Below, piece after piece: positions 31,044-39,991 of a stretch of 64,000 nt of DNA; within the stretch, counting starts at the first letter, position 1, and each line of letters starts with the position of its first letter. The translations under genes were made by a program, and so were the position numbers. Source of the DNA: Candidatus Zhuqueibacterota bacterium. Its GTDB lineage: Bacteria; Zhuqueibacterota; Zhuqueibacteria; Residuimicrobiales; Krinioviventaceae. The notes under the pieces were generated by a model. That model made no database searches, was not told the origin of the DNA, and was given only the letters and a program-made list of their open reading frames with translations. Location: contig JAFGJB010000153.1 of NCBI GenBank assembly GCA_016929295.1, positions 10,830 to 74,829 of the forward strand, given 5' to 3'.

Positions 31044-31577
31044 ATGCGAAAGCTCTCTTTTGAAGAAGCAAAACAGCTCCGACCCAATTTAGCAGAACTG
31101 CACGATCGGCCACGCCATCCCTTTGTTGTTCTGCTGGACAACATCCGCAGTCTTCATAATGTCGGCGCTCTCTTTCGTACGGCGGATGCTGTGCATCTCG
31201 AACATCTCTATCTGTGCGGCATAACCGGAAGACCACCGCGGGACGAGATTCGCAAAATCAGTCTGGGTGCTGAAGAGTCGGTGCCGTGGACTTTTGTCAA
31301 GGATGCCCATGAGGTGACAGAAAAATTGCGCCGACAGAGATATCAGATCGTCGCTCTCGAACAGACCGATGAAAGCGTCGATTATCGATTGGCTCCCTAT
31401 CGCTTCCCTCTGTGTCTCATCATTGGCAATGAATATCTCGGCATTCAGGATGAGCTCGTTCTCTCTTCGGATATGGCCGTAGAAATTCCAATGCATGGCA
31501 TCAAGCAGTCTCTGAATGTTTCCGTGGCATTCGGCATTATGGCCTATGAATTATTGAACCACTGCGACAAACCCTAG
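31044..31577 (+). CDS. TrmH/SpoU family RNA 2'-O-methyltransferase
   Basis: HNVGALFRTADAVHLEHLYLCG and LIIGNEYLGI..EIPMHG..SLNVSVAFGI: SPOUT motifs 1-3. Confidence 0.8.
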   Translation: MRKLSFEEAKQLRPNLAELHDRPRHPFVVLLDNIRSLHNVGALFRTADAVHLEHLYLCGITGRPPRDEIRKISLGAEESVPWTFVKDAHEVTEKLRRQRYQIVALEQTDESVDYRLAPYRFPLCLIIGNEYLGIQDELVLSSDMAVEIPMHGIKQSLNVSVAFGIMAYELLNHCDKP

Positions 31578-31590
31578 CGGAGTTTATCAG

Positions 31591-31794
31591 ATGCTCAAAG
31601 CGGCATTCAAAAAAATCAAAGAGGCCGATAGTTATAAAAAAAGAGGCGTCCTCTATGCGTCGGTGGCGATTCTTTTCATGCTCTATGAATTCATTTTTCA
31701 TCGCCCGCCGCGTCTGACTGTTTTATTATTGTGGCTCGGCCTCCTCATCATAGCCGTTTTTGTTATGACCACCTTGAAGGATCCGCGACGATGA
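31591..31794 (+). CDS. Small hypothetical 2-TM membrane protein
   Basis: 67 aa ORF, 14 bp after the SpoU stop. Hydrophobic segments VLYASVAILFMLYEFIF and VLLLWLGLLIIAVFVM. Overlaps the next gene start by 4 bp. Confidence 0.35.
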   Translation: MLKAAFKKIKEADSYKKRGVLYASVAILFMLYEFIFHRPPRLTVLLLWLGLLIIAVFVMTTLKDPRR

Positions 31795-33743
31795 AAAAAT
31801 ATCTATTGACGCTCTGTATCATTTCGATGCTGCGGGCGCAAGACAAACATGCCACCGATTTGTTCTTTTTAAGCAAAATGCCCGCAGCCGTCGAAGAGAT
31901 CAATCCCATCGATGTCATCAGTTATGATGTCGATATGACTTTGGATCTGCAAAATGAAAAGATCAGCGGCCATGTTCGGATGGAGATAAAGCTGCTTGAT
32001 CCGACAGCACCCTCTTTTTACATCCATTTGACAACGCCCCGTATTGCCAAAGCCATGTTGAATGGTGATGAAATTTCCTTCCTCCATGCTGCTGACAAGG
32101 TCTATTTCACTCTGCTGTCACCAGCAGAGGATATCACTTTAGACATTGATTACAGCGGCACTCCCGGCAATGACGGATTCGGCGGCTTTTATTTTCAGGA
32201 CAGCTATGCCTATACCATTGGCCAGGGGCTCAATTCCACCATTCCATCCATGCTGCGCCACTGGATTCCATCTCATGATGTCCCGCACGACAAAGCGACG
32301 GTTGACATGCGGCTCACCGTGCCGGCTGCGCTCGAGGCATTTGCAAACGGCTCACTGGTCACATCCGTCACTCACAACTCCACCAAAACAGTTCACTGGC
32401 GAGAGACCCATCCAATTGCCACCTACTTGATCGCCATTGCGGTCGGCCATTATACCATACTGCGTTCCACTTATCGTTCCATCAGCGGAGATTCCATCCC
32501 GCTCGAATTTTATGTTTACCCCGAACATGCGGCGGCGGCGGCAAATGACTGGAAAAACTTACCCCAAATGATGGGCTTTTTTGAACATCATTTTGCACCC
32601 TATCCATTTGACCGCTACAGCATGGCAGAGGCTTTCAATCGCGGCGCCATGGAACACCAAACGATGACCACCTATTCCTATCAGCTGATCACCGGCGATA
32701 ATCGATATGACTATATTATGGCCCATGAATTGGCGCACCATTGGTGGGGTGATCTGGTCACCCTGGCTGACTGGAGAGAGATCTGGCTGAATGAGGGATT
32801 TGCCACCTATTCCGAAGCCCTCTATTTTGAATCGCTTTACGGCGATGACTATTTGGCCGAATACATGAATGCACTTTTGGAAATCTATTTGGCCGAGGTG
32901 GTGCGCCGCGGTCATTTTCCAATCTACAATCCGGATTATCTGTGGGGTGGAACGATTTATCAAAAAGGCGCATGGGTGCTGCATATGCTGCGCTGGACCA
33001 TTGGCGAAGATGCTTTTTGGCGCACCCTGCAAAGCTGGGCGCACCGTTTTGCCTACGGCAATGCCTTCATCACCGATTTCATCCGCCTGGCAGAAGAACA
33101 GTCTTCCCAGGACCTGGATTGGTTTTTTGATCAATGGATCTATCAGGCCGGCTATCCGGATTTTGATATCATTTGGGACTATAGATTGAATGACAAGCGC
33201 ACCTGGTCAGTGACCATCGAGATCAGACAGCAACAATGGCAGAACTTCCCGTTCAGGGCGCCAATCGAAATCGAATTCGAATTTGCCGGCGGCTCGCGGC
33301 TGGATACGCTCATCTCATCTGCTGCATATCAGACCTTTCAGATTGAACTGCAGAATGAGCCGTACGCATTACATCTTGACCCGCGTAACTGGCTCTTGAA
33401 GCAGTATGATCTCATTTTTTCTCCATCTCTGCCGGATGCACAACCAAACGATTTTTACCTCGCGCAAAACTATCCCAATCCATTCGTCACTGGCTCGCAA
33501 ACATCTATCGTCTATCAGGTAGCGCAAATGGATTCTCCGCACCAGATGAGCATCCAGGTTTATAATATACTCGGCCAGCGAGTGAGCACACTCTTTGATG
33601 GACCATTACATGGCGGCATCTATAAAGCGGTCTGGGATGGGAAGGATATGGCGGGAAGGACTGTTCCATCGGGTGTCTATTTTTATCGTCTGCAATCTGC
33701 TGAAAAAACATATGAAAGAAAATTGGTCATATTGGAAAAATAG
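31791..33743 (+). CDS. M1-family zinc aminopeptidase with T9SS C-terminal sorting domain
   Basis: Start chosen at MKKYLLTLCIISMLRAQ (signal peptide). GAMEHQTMTTY (GAMEN motif), HELAHHWWGDLVT (HExxH) and downstream E (WLNEGFATY). C-terminal ..NYPNPFVTGSQTSI..GVYFYRLQ..KLVILEK matches the T9SS CTD. Confidence 0.85.
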   Translation: MKKYLLTLCIISMLRAQDKHATDLFFLSKMPAAVEEINPIDVISYDVDMTLDLQNEKISGHVRMEIKLLDPTAPSFYIHLTTPRIAKAMLNGDEISFLHAADKVYFTLLSPAEDITLDIDYSGTPGNDGFGGFYFQDSYAYTIGQGLNSTIPSMLRHWIPSHDVPHDKATVDMRLTVPAALEAFANGSLVTSVTHNSTKTVHWRETHPIATYLIAIAVGHYTILRSTYRSISGDSIPLEFYVYPEHAAAAANDWKNLPQMMGFFEHHFAPYPFDRYSMAEAFNRGAMEHQTMTTYSYQLITGDNRYDYIMAHELAHHWWGDLVTLADWREIWLNEGFATYSEALYFESLYGDDYLAEYMNALLEIYLAEVVRRGHFPIYNPDYLWGGTIYQKGAWVLHMLRWTIGEDAFWRTLQSWAHRFAYGNAFITDFIRLAEEQSSQDLDWFFDQWIYQAGYPDFDIIWDYRLNDKRTWSVTIEIRQQQWQNFPFRAPIEIEFEFAGGSRLDTLISSAAYQTFQIELQNEPYALHLDPRNWLLKQYDLIFSPSLPDAQPNDFYLAQNYPNPFVTGSQTSIVYQVAQMDSPHQMSIQVYNILGQRVSTLFDGPLHGGIYKAVWDGKDMAGRTVPSGVYFYRLQSAEKTYERKLVILEK

Positions 33744-33755
33744 AGAGAAGCTATC

Positions 33756-34517
33756 ATGAATTTGAGTATTTCGCTAAGTGATCAAGTCGCCCTGGTCACG
33801 GGAGGTTCACGCGGCATCGGTCGCGCGATTGCTGTCAGGCTGGCGCAAGCGGGCGCAGATGTTGCCATCAATTATCTTCGACAGCGGACCGCAGCGGATG
33901 AAACCGTCCGCTTGATTGAAGAGCAGGGCGCAAAAGCGCTGGCCATCCGCGCCAATGTGGGCGAGTATGAGAATATTGGCCAGATGATAAAAGAGATCGA
34001 GAACGCGTTCGGCAAACTGGACATCCTCATCAGCAACGCGGCGTCCGGTGTTCTCAAACCGGCGTTGGAGCTGACCGAACGCCATTGGCACTGGACAATG
34101 GATATCAACGCCGGCACGCTCTTGCCATTGACCCAGCACGCCTTGCCGTTGATGAAAGATGGCGGCACGATTGTCGCGGTCTCCAGTCTCGGCTCGGTGC
34201 GCGCGATCCCAAACTATGCCGCGGTGGGTGCATCAAAAGCGGCGCTGGAATCGCTCATCCGTCACCTCGCCATTGAGCTGGCGCCAAAAGGCATCAAAGT
34301 GAATGCCATCTCCGCCGGCACTGTTGACACTGATGCTCTCAAATATTTTCCGAACAGGGATGAACTTTTGGACGAATCCAAAAGGCGCACGCCCACCGGA
34401 CGCTTGACGACACCGGATGACATTGCCAATGTGGCATTGTATCTGTGCAGTCGTTTTTCGGATCAAATCCAGGGTCAAACCATCGTCATCGACGGCGGCT
34501 ATTCTATCCTGGCGTGA
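33756..34517 (+). CDS. SDR-family NAD(P)H oxidoreductase, FabL-like enoyl-ACP reductase
   Basis: VTGGSRGIGRAIAVRLAQAGADV (TGxxxGxG). The block SSLGS..IPNYAAVGASKAALESLIRHLAIELAPKGIKVNAISAGTVDTDALKYFPNR closely resembles Bacillus FabL. Confidence 0.8.
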   Translation: MNLSISLSDQVALVTGGSRGIGRAIAVRLAQAGADVAINYLRQRTAADETVRLIEEQGAKALAIRANVGEYENIGQMIKEIENAFGKLDILISNAASGVLKPALELTERHWHWTMDINAGTLLPLTQHALPLMKDGGTIVAVSSLGSVRAIPNYAAVGASKAALESLIRHLAIELAPKGIKVNAISAGTVDTDALKYFPNRDELLDESKRRTPTGRLTTPDDIANVALYLCSRFSDQIQGQTIVIDGGYSILA

Positions 34518-34608
34518 TCTCCACAGCGCTATCATCTCCTTTTCCCTTTCAGGAAAAATCGCTATATTTGGACATGCGGGTGATGATATCACATATAATG
34601 GAGCTTGC

Positions 34609-35313
34609 ATGACGCGTTCTGACATTGTGGGTCTCGTGCTTTCTTACTTCTACGCCTTTGGCTTGCTGTTCATCGTCGAGGCGATCGGCAAACGATTGCA
34701 CGTTTCACAAAATATAACCCGCAAGATCATTCACATCGGCGCGGGCTTGTGGGTGTGGGCCATCGTTGCCATTTTTGACCACTGGTTTTTCGGCATCATC
34801 CCGTTCGCAACTTTTATCATCCTCAATTACATTTTCATCAGAAAACAGTCGTTCGAACAGATGGATGACGAGCAGTCAACGCTCGGAACTGTCTATTTTG
34901 CTTTTTCGATCACAGTGCTGTTTTTAGCCTTCTGGCGCACCGACGCTCTCATTGATCGTGTTCCGCTCGCGATCGCAGCGACTATGGCCATGACGCTCGG
35001 CGATGCGTTTGCGGCTCTCCTGGGAGGACGCTTTGGCAAAAAAGTTTTTCATTTTTTCGGCAACACAAAAACGCTGTTTGGATCTGTTACCATGTTCTTT
35101 TCGAGTTTCGTCGCCATATTTTTCACCCTGCGTTATGTTCCGGGATCATCCTTGAGCCCGGCAAGCGCTGTGCTGTCGACTCAACTCGTTTTCTTATACT
35201 CGCTCTATTCTTCACTGGTGGCAACCATGGCGGAAGCACTTTCTCCGCAAGGGACAGATAATCTGACCGTTCCGCTGCTGACCGGATTGCTGCTGTATCT
35301 GTTAATTGGCTGA
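34609..35313 (+). CDS. Polytopic membrane protein, polyprenol/phytol kinase-like (SEC59/DGK1/VTE5, CTP-dependent) family candidate
   Basis: Start taken at ATG 34609 (MTRSDIVGLV..). Six or more TM helices. Motif ITRKIIHIGAGLW resembles the family signature. Assignment is by motif only. Confidence 0.5.
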   Translation: MTRSDIVGLVLSYFYAFGLLFIVEAIGKRLHVSQNITRKIIHIGAGLWVWAIVAIFDHWFFGIIPFATFIILNYIFIRKQSFEQMDDEQSTLGTVYFAFSITVLFLAFWRTDALIDRVPLAIAATMAMTLGDAFAALLGGRFGKKVFHFFGNTKTLFGSVTMFFSSFVAIFFTLRYVPGSSLSPASAVLSTQLVFLYSLYSSLVATMAEALSPQGTDNLTVPLLTGLLLYLLIG

Positions 35314-35366
35314 ACTCCTTCTCGGCACAACAGGCCGAAGGAAAACCTCATGTGAAAGGACTGCTC

Positions 35367-37808
35367 ATGGACTATGGTCATTTTGATGACGACAACAAAC
35401 AATATGTCATAACCAGACCAGACACACCTCTTCCCTGGATAAACTATCTCGGCAGCCATGAGTTTTTTGGCATCATTTCCAATACGGCCGGCGGCTATAC
35501 ATTTTACAAAGATGCCAAACTGCGTCGTCTGACCCGTTACCGTTATAACAATGTGCCGATAGACAGCAACGGCCGCTACATTTATGTGAAGGACGGCGAG
35601 ACCATATGGAATCCCATGTGGAAACCGACGAAAACGGCCCTGGATTATTACGAATGCCGGCATGGCATCGGCTATTCCATCATTCGCGGCGTTAAAAATG
35701 AACTCGGTGTGGAGATCACCTATTTTATCCCGACCGACGACACCGTTGAAATCTGGGATGTCAAAGTTCGCAATCTGTCGGAAAAAGAAAAAAATGTTCG
35801 CCTGTGGGGATTTGTCGAGTGGTGTCTGTGGGATGCCTGGGATGACCAGACCAACTTTCAGCGTAATTTTTCAATCGGCCAGGTGGAGGTGGAAGAAGAC
35901 ACGATCTTTCACAAGACCGAATACCGTGAGCGTCGTGACCATTTTGCCTATTTTTCAACCAGCGTGGCGACGAGCGGTTTTGACACCAGCCGCGATGCCT
36001 TCGTCGGTTTGCATAACGGCCTGAACGAACCGCGAGCCGTTCTGCAGGGTGACTGCTCGGGCAGCATCGCCTATGGCTGGGCTCCGGTGGCGGCGCAGCA
36101 GATCGACTTGACGATAGCGCCTGGTGACGAAAAATGTTTTCATTTTCTACTTGGCTATGCTGAAAACGATAAAGAGAGCAAATTTGTCAGGCAACACGTC
36201 ATCAACAAAACGCCGCTCCGGCGGATGAAAGAAAAATATTCGACGCAGCAGGCTGTTGATGCTGCTTTCGCTCGATTGAAGGACAGCTGGCAAGATCTCT
36301 TTTGCGTCTATCAGACAGAAACTCCTGACGAACATGTCAATCGTATGGTCAATGTGTGGAATCAATATCAATGCATGACGACCTTTAACATGTCGCGCTC
36401 CGCCTCTTTTTACGAATCCGGCATCGGCCGCGGCATGGGCTACCGCGACAGCAATCAGGATGTTCTCGGCTTTGTGCATATGATTCCTGACCGGGCGCGC
36501 CAACGCATCCTCGACATCGCCGCCACGCAGTTGTCAGACGGCGCCTGCTATCACCAATATCAACCACTGACGAAAAAGGGCAATGCGGACCTGGGGAGTG
36601 GATTCAATGATGACCCGCTATGGCTCATCCTCTCGACAGCGTCTTATCTGAAAGAGACCGGCGATTTCACCATTCTCGACGAAAAAATTGGCTATGCCGA
36701 CGTCGAGAGCAAAGAGGCGACCCTGATGGATCATCTCGATATCTCGATTGAATACACTATGAAATTTCGCGGGCCGCATCGTTTGCCGCTCATCGGCCAC
36801 GCGGACTGGAACGATTGTCTGAATCTCAACTGTTTTTCCGCTACACCGGGAGAAAGCTTCCAGTTGGCGGGCGATATATCAGAGGGGGCGGATGTCGCCG
36901 AATCGCTGATGATCGCCGGTCTGTTCTGCGCCGCCTGCACTGAATTGAGTGATATCTATTCATATTTACATCTCGAAGAAAAGTCGCGTCGCCTGCAAGA
37001 CTACTACAACGACATGTCAAAGGCAATCGTGCAAGAGGGCTGGGACGGCGAGTGGTTTTTGCGCGCCTTTGACGCTTATGGCGCCAAGATCGGTTCCAAA
37101 GAATGCAAAGAAGGAAAAATATTCATCGAAAGCCAGGCCTGGTGCATACTTGGCGGCGTTGGTTTGGCGCAAGGATATGCGCACAAAGCCCTGGCGAGTG
37201 TCAAAGAGCATTTAGCCACGCCGAACGGCATCATCCTGCAACAACCTGCCTATCAGGAATACCATCTGGAGCTCGGCGAGATATCATCCTATCCCCCTGG
37301 CTATAAAGAGAACGCCGGAATTTTCACCCATAATAACACCTGGATCCAGATAGCGGAAACCATGTTGGGCCACGGCGATCAGGCGATAGAATATTATATG
37401 AATATCTGTCCATCGACCAAAGAGAGCCAGATAAACACCTATCGAGCGGAACCCTATGTTTACAGTCAGATGACGGCCGGTCGTGATGCTCCGACGCCGG
37501 GGGAGGGCAAGAACAGTTGGCTGACCGGCACAGCATCGTGGTCCTTCGTCGCCATTTCACAGTTCATCCTTGGCATCAGACCCAAATTCAACGGACTGGA
37601 GATTGACCCCTGCATTCCCACAGCCTGGCGGGAGTATCATGTCACACGGCAGTTTCGCGGCAAAACCTACCAGATTTCTGTTGAAAACCCGCAGGCTGTC
37701 TCAAAGGGGGTAAAAGCAATCTTTGTTGATGAAAAAGAGATTGATGGAGTGCTCATTCCCCTGCAGCATGGCTCTGACATTGTCAAGGTTAGAGTGGTGA
37801 TGGGATAG
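35367..37808 (+). CDS. Cellobiose (cellodextrin/chitobiose) phosphorylase, glycoside hydrolase family 94
   Basis: MDYGHFDDDNKQYVITRPDTPLPWINYLGS..GGYTFYKDAKLRRLTRYRYNNVP..WDAWDDQTNFQRNFSIGQVEVEE..TEYRERRDHFAYF is near-identical in pattern to characterised GH94 cellobiose phosphorylases; about 810 aa. RBS AAAGGA 7 nt upstream of ATG 35367. Confidence 0.9.
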   Translation: MDYGHFDDDNKQYVITRPDTPLPWINYLGSHEFFGIISNTAGGYTFYKDAKLRRLTRYRYNNVPIDSNGRYIYVKDGETIWNPMWKPTKTALDYYECRHGIGYSIIRGVKNELGVEITYFIPTDDTVEIWDVKVRNLSEKEKNVRLWGFVEWCLWDAWDDQTNFQRNFSIGQVEVEEDTIFHKTEYRERRDHFAYFSTSVATSGFDTSRDAFVGLHNGLNEPRAVLQGDCSGSIAYGWAPVAAQQIDLTIAPGDEKCFHFLLGYAENDKESKFVRQHVINKTPLRRMKEKYSTQQAVDAAFARLKDSWQDLFCVYQTETPDEHVNRMVNVWNQYQCMTTFNMSRSASFYESGIGRGMGYRDSNQDVLGFVHMIPDRARQRILDIAATQLSDGACYHQYQPLTKKGNADLGSGFNDDPLWLILSTASYLKETGDFTILDEKIGYADVESKEATLMDHLDISIEYTMKFRGPHRLPLIGHADWNDCLNLNCFSATPGESFQLAGDISEGADVAESLMIAGLFCAACTELSDIYSYLHLEEKSRRLQDYYNDMSKAIVQEGWDGEWFLRAFDAYGAKIGSKECKEGKIFIESQAWCILGGVGLAQGYAHKALASVKEHLATPNGIILQQPAYQEYHLELGEISSYPPGYKENAGIFTHNNTWIQIAETMLGHGDQAIEYYMNICPSTKESQINTYRAEPYVYSQMTAGRDAPTPGEGKNSWLTGTASWSFVAISQFILGIRPKFNGLEIDPCIPTAWREYHVTRQFRGKTYQISVENPQAVSKGVKAIFVDEKEIDGVLIPLQHGSDIVKVRVVMG

Positions 37809-37821
37809 ATTCCGCTGCCGG

Positions 37822-38445
37822 TCAAAACTTTTGCGCTTTATAAAATATGATCTGCAAAATGAAAAAGAGCAGCGCGCCGGCAAGCGCAATCATACTGTCC
37901 AGTTTGCTGCAAACAAGCGCGGCAAAAAATGCGCAGCTGTCGATCAGGATGACCAACAGGGCGGAATAGAAAAAAATAGAATTCGTCTTGCCGAATTTCA
38001 GATGTTTGAGAGAGTCAATAGTCCAGTTGTATGCCTCTCTATCCAGTTTATAATTTTTCATATGCGAACTGTAAAAACTCTTTATCTTGTTCATGCTCAT
38101 AGCACTCTCAAACCAGGCCACGCGCAAGCGGATCAACGTGAGCAAAAAGAGTACGCCCATGAGAAAAAGTATGACGAATGCAGCCAAGACAACATGACGA
38201 AAAAGAGAAAATTGCAGCAACTCTGACTTTTTCGCGCCCAAGGCCATCAGGCCAACCATTGCCGTCAGGTACGGGATGAAAATACTAATGACATAAAACT
38301 GCACCATTTTGTGTCTGTCTTCCATCGCCTGCGCTGCCGTCTCGCGTGCATATTCAAACTCGGCAATCAAAATGGCATTGGGATCGAGTGGTTTTGCAGC
38401 TTGTTCGCTTTGCTCAGCTAAAGGCTTGGCATTTTCCTGTGTCAT
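37822..38445 (-). CDS. Hypothetical polytopic membrane protein
   Basis: ORF with 4-5 hydrophobic helices. Convergent with the GH94 gene. The long inverted-repeat element lies upstream. Confidence 0.5.
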   Translation of the reverse strand: MTQENAKPLAEQSEQAAKPLDPNAILIAEFEYARETAAQAMEDRHKMVQFYVISIFIPYLTAMVGLMALGAKKSELLQFSLFRHVVLAAFVILFLMGVLFLLTLIRLRVAWFESAMSMNKIKSFYSSHMKNYKLDREAYNWTIDSLKHLKFGKTNSIFFYSALLVILIDSCAFFAALVCSKLDSMIALAGALLFFILQIIFYKAQKF

Positions 38446-38532
38446 GATGTCCTCTCTTCTTACTCTTTTTTAAAACTACAAAATAATGAAACAAATCGCT
38501 ATCAAATATTGAACTGTAGAAATATAACTTTT

Positions 38533-38646
38533 TTCTGCACTCACGCAAAGGCGAGCCGCAAAGGATACGCAAAGAAAAATGAAATATTTTCATTCTTTTC
38601 AAGAACTTGCATATCTTTGCGCCTGCGTCTTTGCGTGAGTGCAGAA
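38533..38646. repeat. Long inverted repeat with perfect 18-bp arms and internal CGCAAAG/CTTTGCG heptamer iterations
   Basis: TTCTGCACTCACGCAAAG (38533-38550) is the exact reverse complement of CTTTGCGTGAGTGCAGAA (38629-38646). The interior holds three direct CGCAAAG copies (38544, 38557, 38568), two CTTTGCG copies (38615, 38629) and a central AATGAAATATTTTCATT near-palindrome. Confidence 0.6.
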
Positions 38647-38844
38647 GATAATATTTTAATGTCCCAACTAAATTACCCGCCCAGAATGGATATTCTGGGC
38701 GATCTCACATAGGGGTACGTGCTTTTTTATCAGGTTCTTGATGCTTTTACTACCTGTAACTGACCTTTCACCTCGTGAAGCTATTTGCTGTTGGATTACA
38801 ACTTCATTTTTTGTAAATTTTGTGATGCACATGATGGAGAAAAG

Positions 38845-39513
38845 ATGCGACGATTTAATCTGGTCATTTTTGATGTGGATGGTACGCTGGTGGACACTGC
38901 GACGGATGTGCATATCTGCCTCAATATGGCGCTGGAAAAAATGAAGCTGCCGACGATTACCGTCGAGATGGCAAAAAAAGCGATCGGACCTGGTCCGAAA
39001 GATTTTATCAAATATATACTGGCAGATCGAATTGACCTGGCGGAAGAATTTCATCATGTATTTCGCCCGCTTTATCTGCAGCATTGTGCGGACAATGCCA
39101 TCCCTTTTGATGGCATTGTGGAACTTTTACAGGAGCTTCGCGATAGAAATATAAAGATGGCCGTCGCTACTAACAAGGCCCGTAACAGCAATAATGCTGT
39201 ACTCACAGCATTACAGCTTGATTCCTATTTCGATATCATCTTGTCGCGCGACGATGTTGAAAATTCAAAACCGTCGCCGGACATGCTGTTTAAAGCGTGC
39301 GATCAACTGAATATCCCGCCGGCTAAAGCGCTGATGCTCGGCGACACCTATAACGATATATATGCTGCAAATGCCGCCGGCATGAAAAGTTGTCTGGCGT
39401 TATGGGGATTTTCGGAGGACTATCAGGATCTCATGGCGATTTCTACCTATGCTATCGAAAATCCCCTGCAGATTCTGGATATTATCGAAAGCGACATTCT
39501 TGAAAATGCCTGA
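38845..39513 (+). CDS. HAD-superfamily hydrolase (phosphoglycolate-phosphatase-like subfamily IA)
   Basis: Start at MRRFNLVIFDVDGTLVDT (DxDGT motif I), ..VATNK.. motif II, ..MLGDTYNDIYAANAAG motif III/IV. Confidence 0.8.
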   Translation: MRRFNLVIFDVDGTLVDTATDVHICLNMALEKMKLPTITVEMAKKAIGPGPKDFIKYILADRIDLAEEFHHVFRPLYLQHCADNAIPFDGIVELLQELRDRNIKMAVATNKARNSNNAVLTALQLDSYFDIILSRDDVENSKPSPDMLFKACDQLNIPPAKALMLGDTYNDIYAANAAGMKSCLALWGFSEDYQDLMAISTYAIENPLQILDIIESDILENA

Positions 39514-39991
39514 AGAAACATTTTTGCCGACCTACAAAGGCTGCCTGATATGCGGCGATCCGCAGGTCAATCCAAACACCCTCAATCGGCGATTCAAAGT
39601 CACGATGGGCGGGGTGGAGGTCGAATTTACCGCAGATGCTCGTCATGTTGGCTATGAGGGCATCGTCCATGGCGGCATCATCACTGCCCTGCTTGATGAG
39701 ACCATTGGCTGGGCTGTCGCCGTCGATCGTAAAAAACTCTTCATGACCGCCGAACTGACCGTTCGTTTCATACGCCCCCTGCCGATAGATTTGATGGTCA
39801 CAGTGAGAGGTCGCTCTGTGGAACACAAGTCCCGCTACTCCATTGCCGAGGGTGAAATCATCGATACGACAGGAACCGTCTATGCCAGAGCCTCGGGAAA
39901 ATTTTTTCTCATGAAAGAAGATCTAGCTCACAAGGTGAACGACTATCTCACCTATCTGGAAAATGACCTCAACATTTTAGCGTCATCATGA
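39506..39991 (+). CDS. Hotdog-fold thioesterase (PaaI/YbgC-like)
   Basis: GIVHGGIITALLDETIGWAV matches the PaaI-type active-site helix. Start taken at MPEETFLPT; 8-bp overlap with the HAD gene. Confidence 0.65.
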   Translation: MPEETFLPTYKGCLICGDPQVNPNTLNRRFKVTMGGVEVEFTADARHVGYEGIVHGGIITALLDETIGWAVAVDRKKLFMTAELTVRFIRPLPIDLMVTVRGRSVEHKSRYSIAEGEIIDTTGTVYARASGKFFLMKEDLAHKVNDYLTYLENDLNILASS

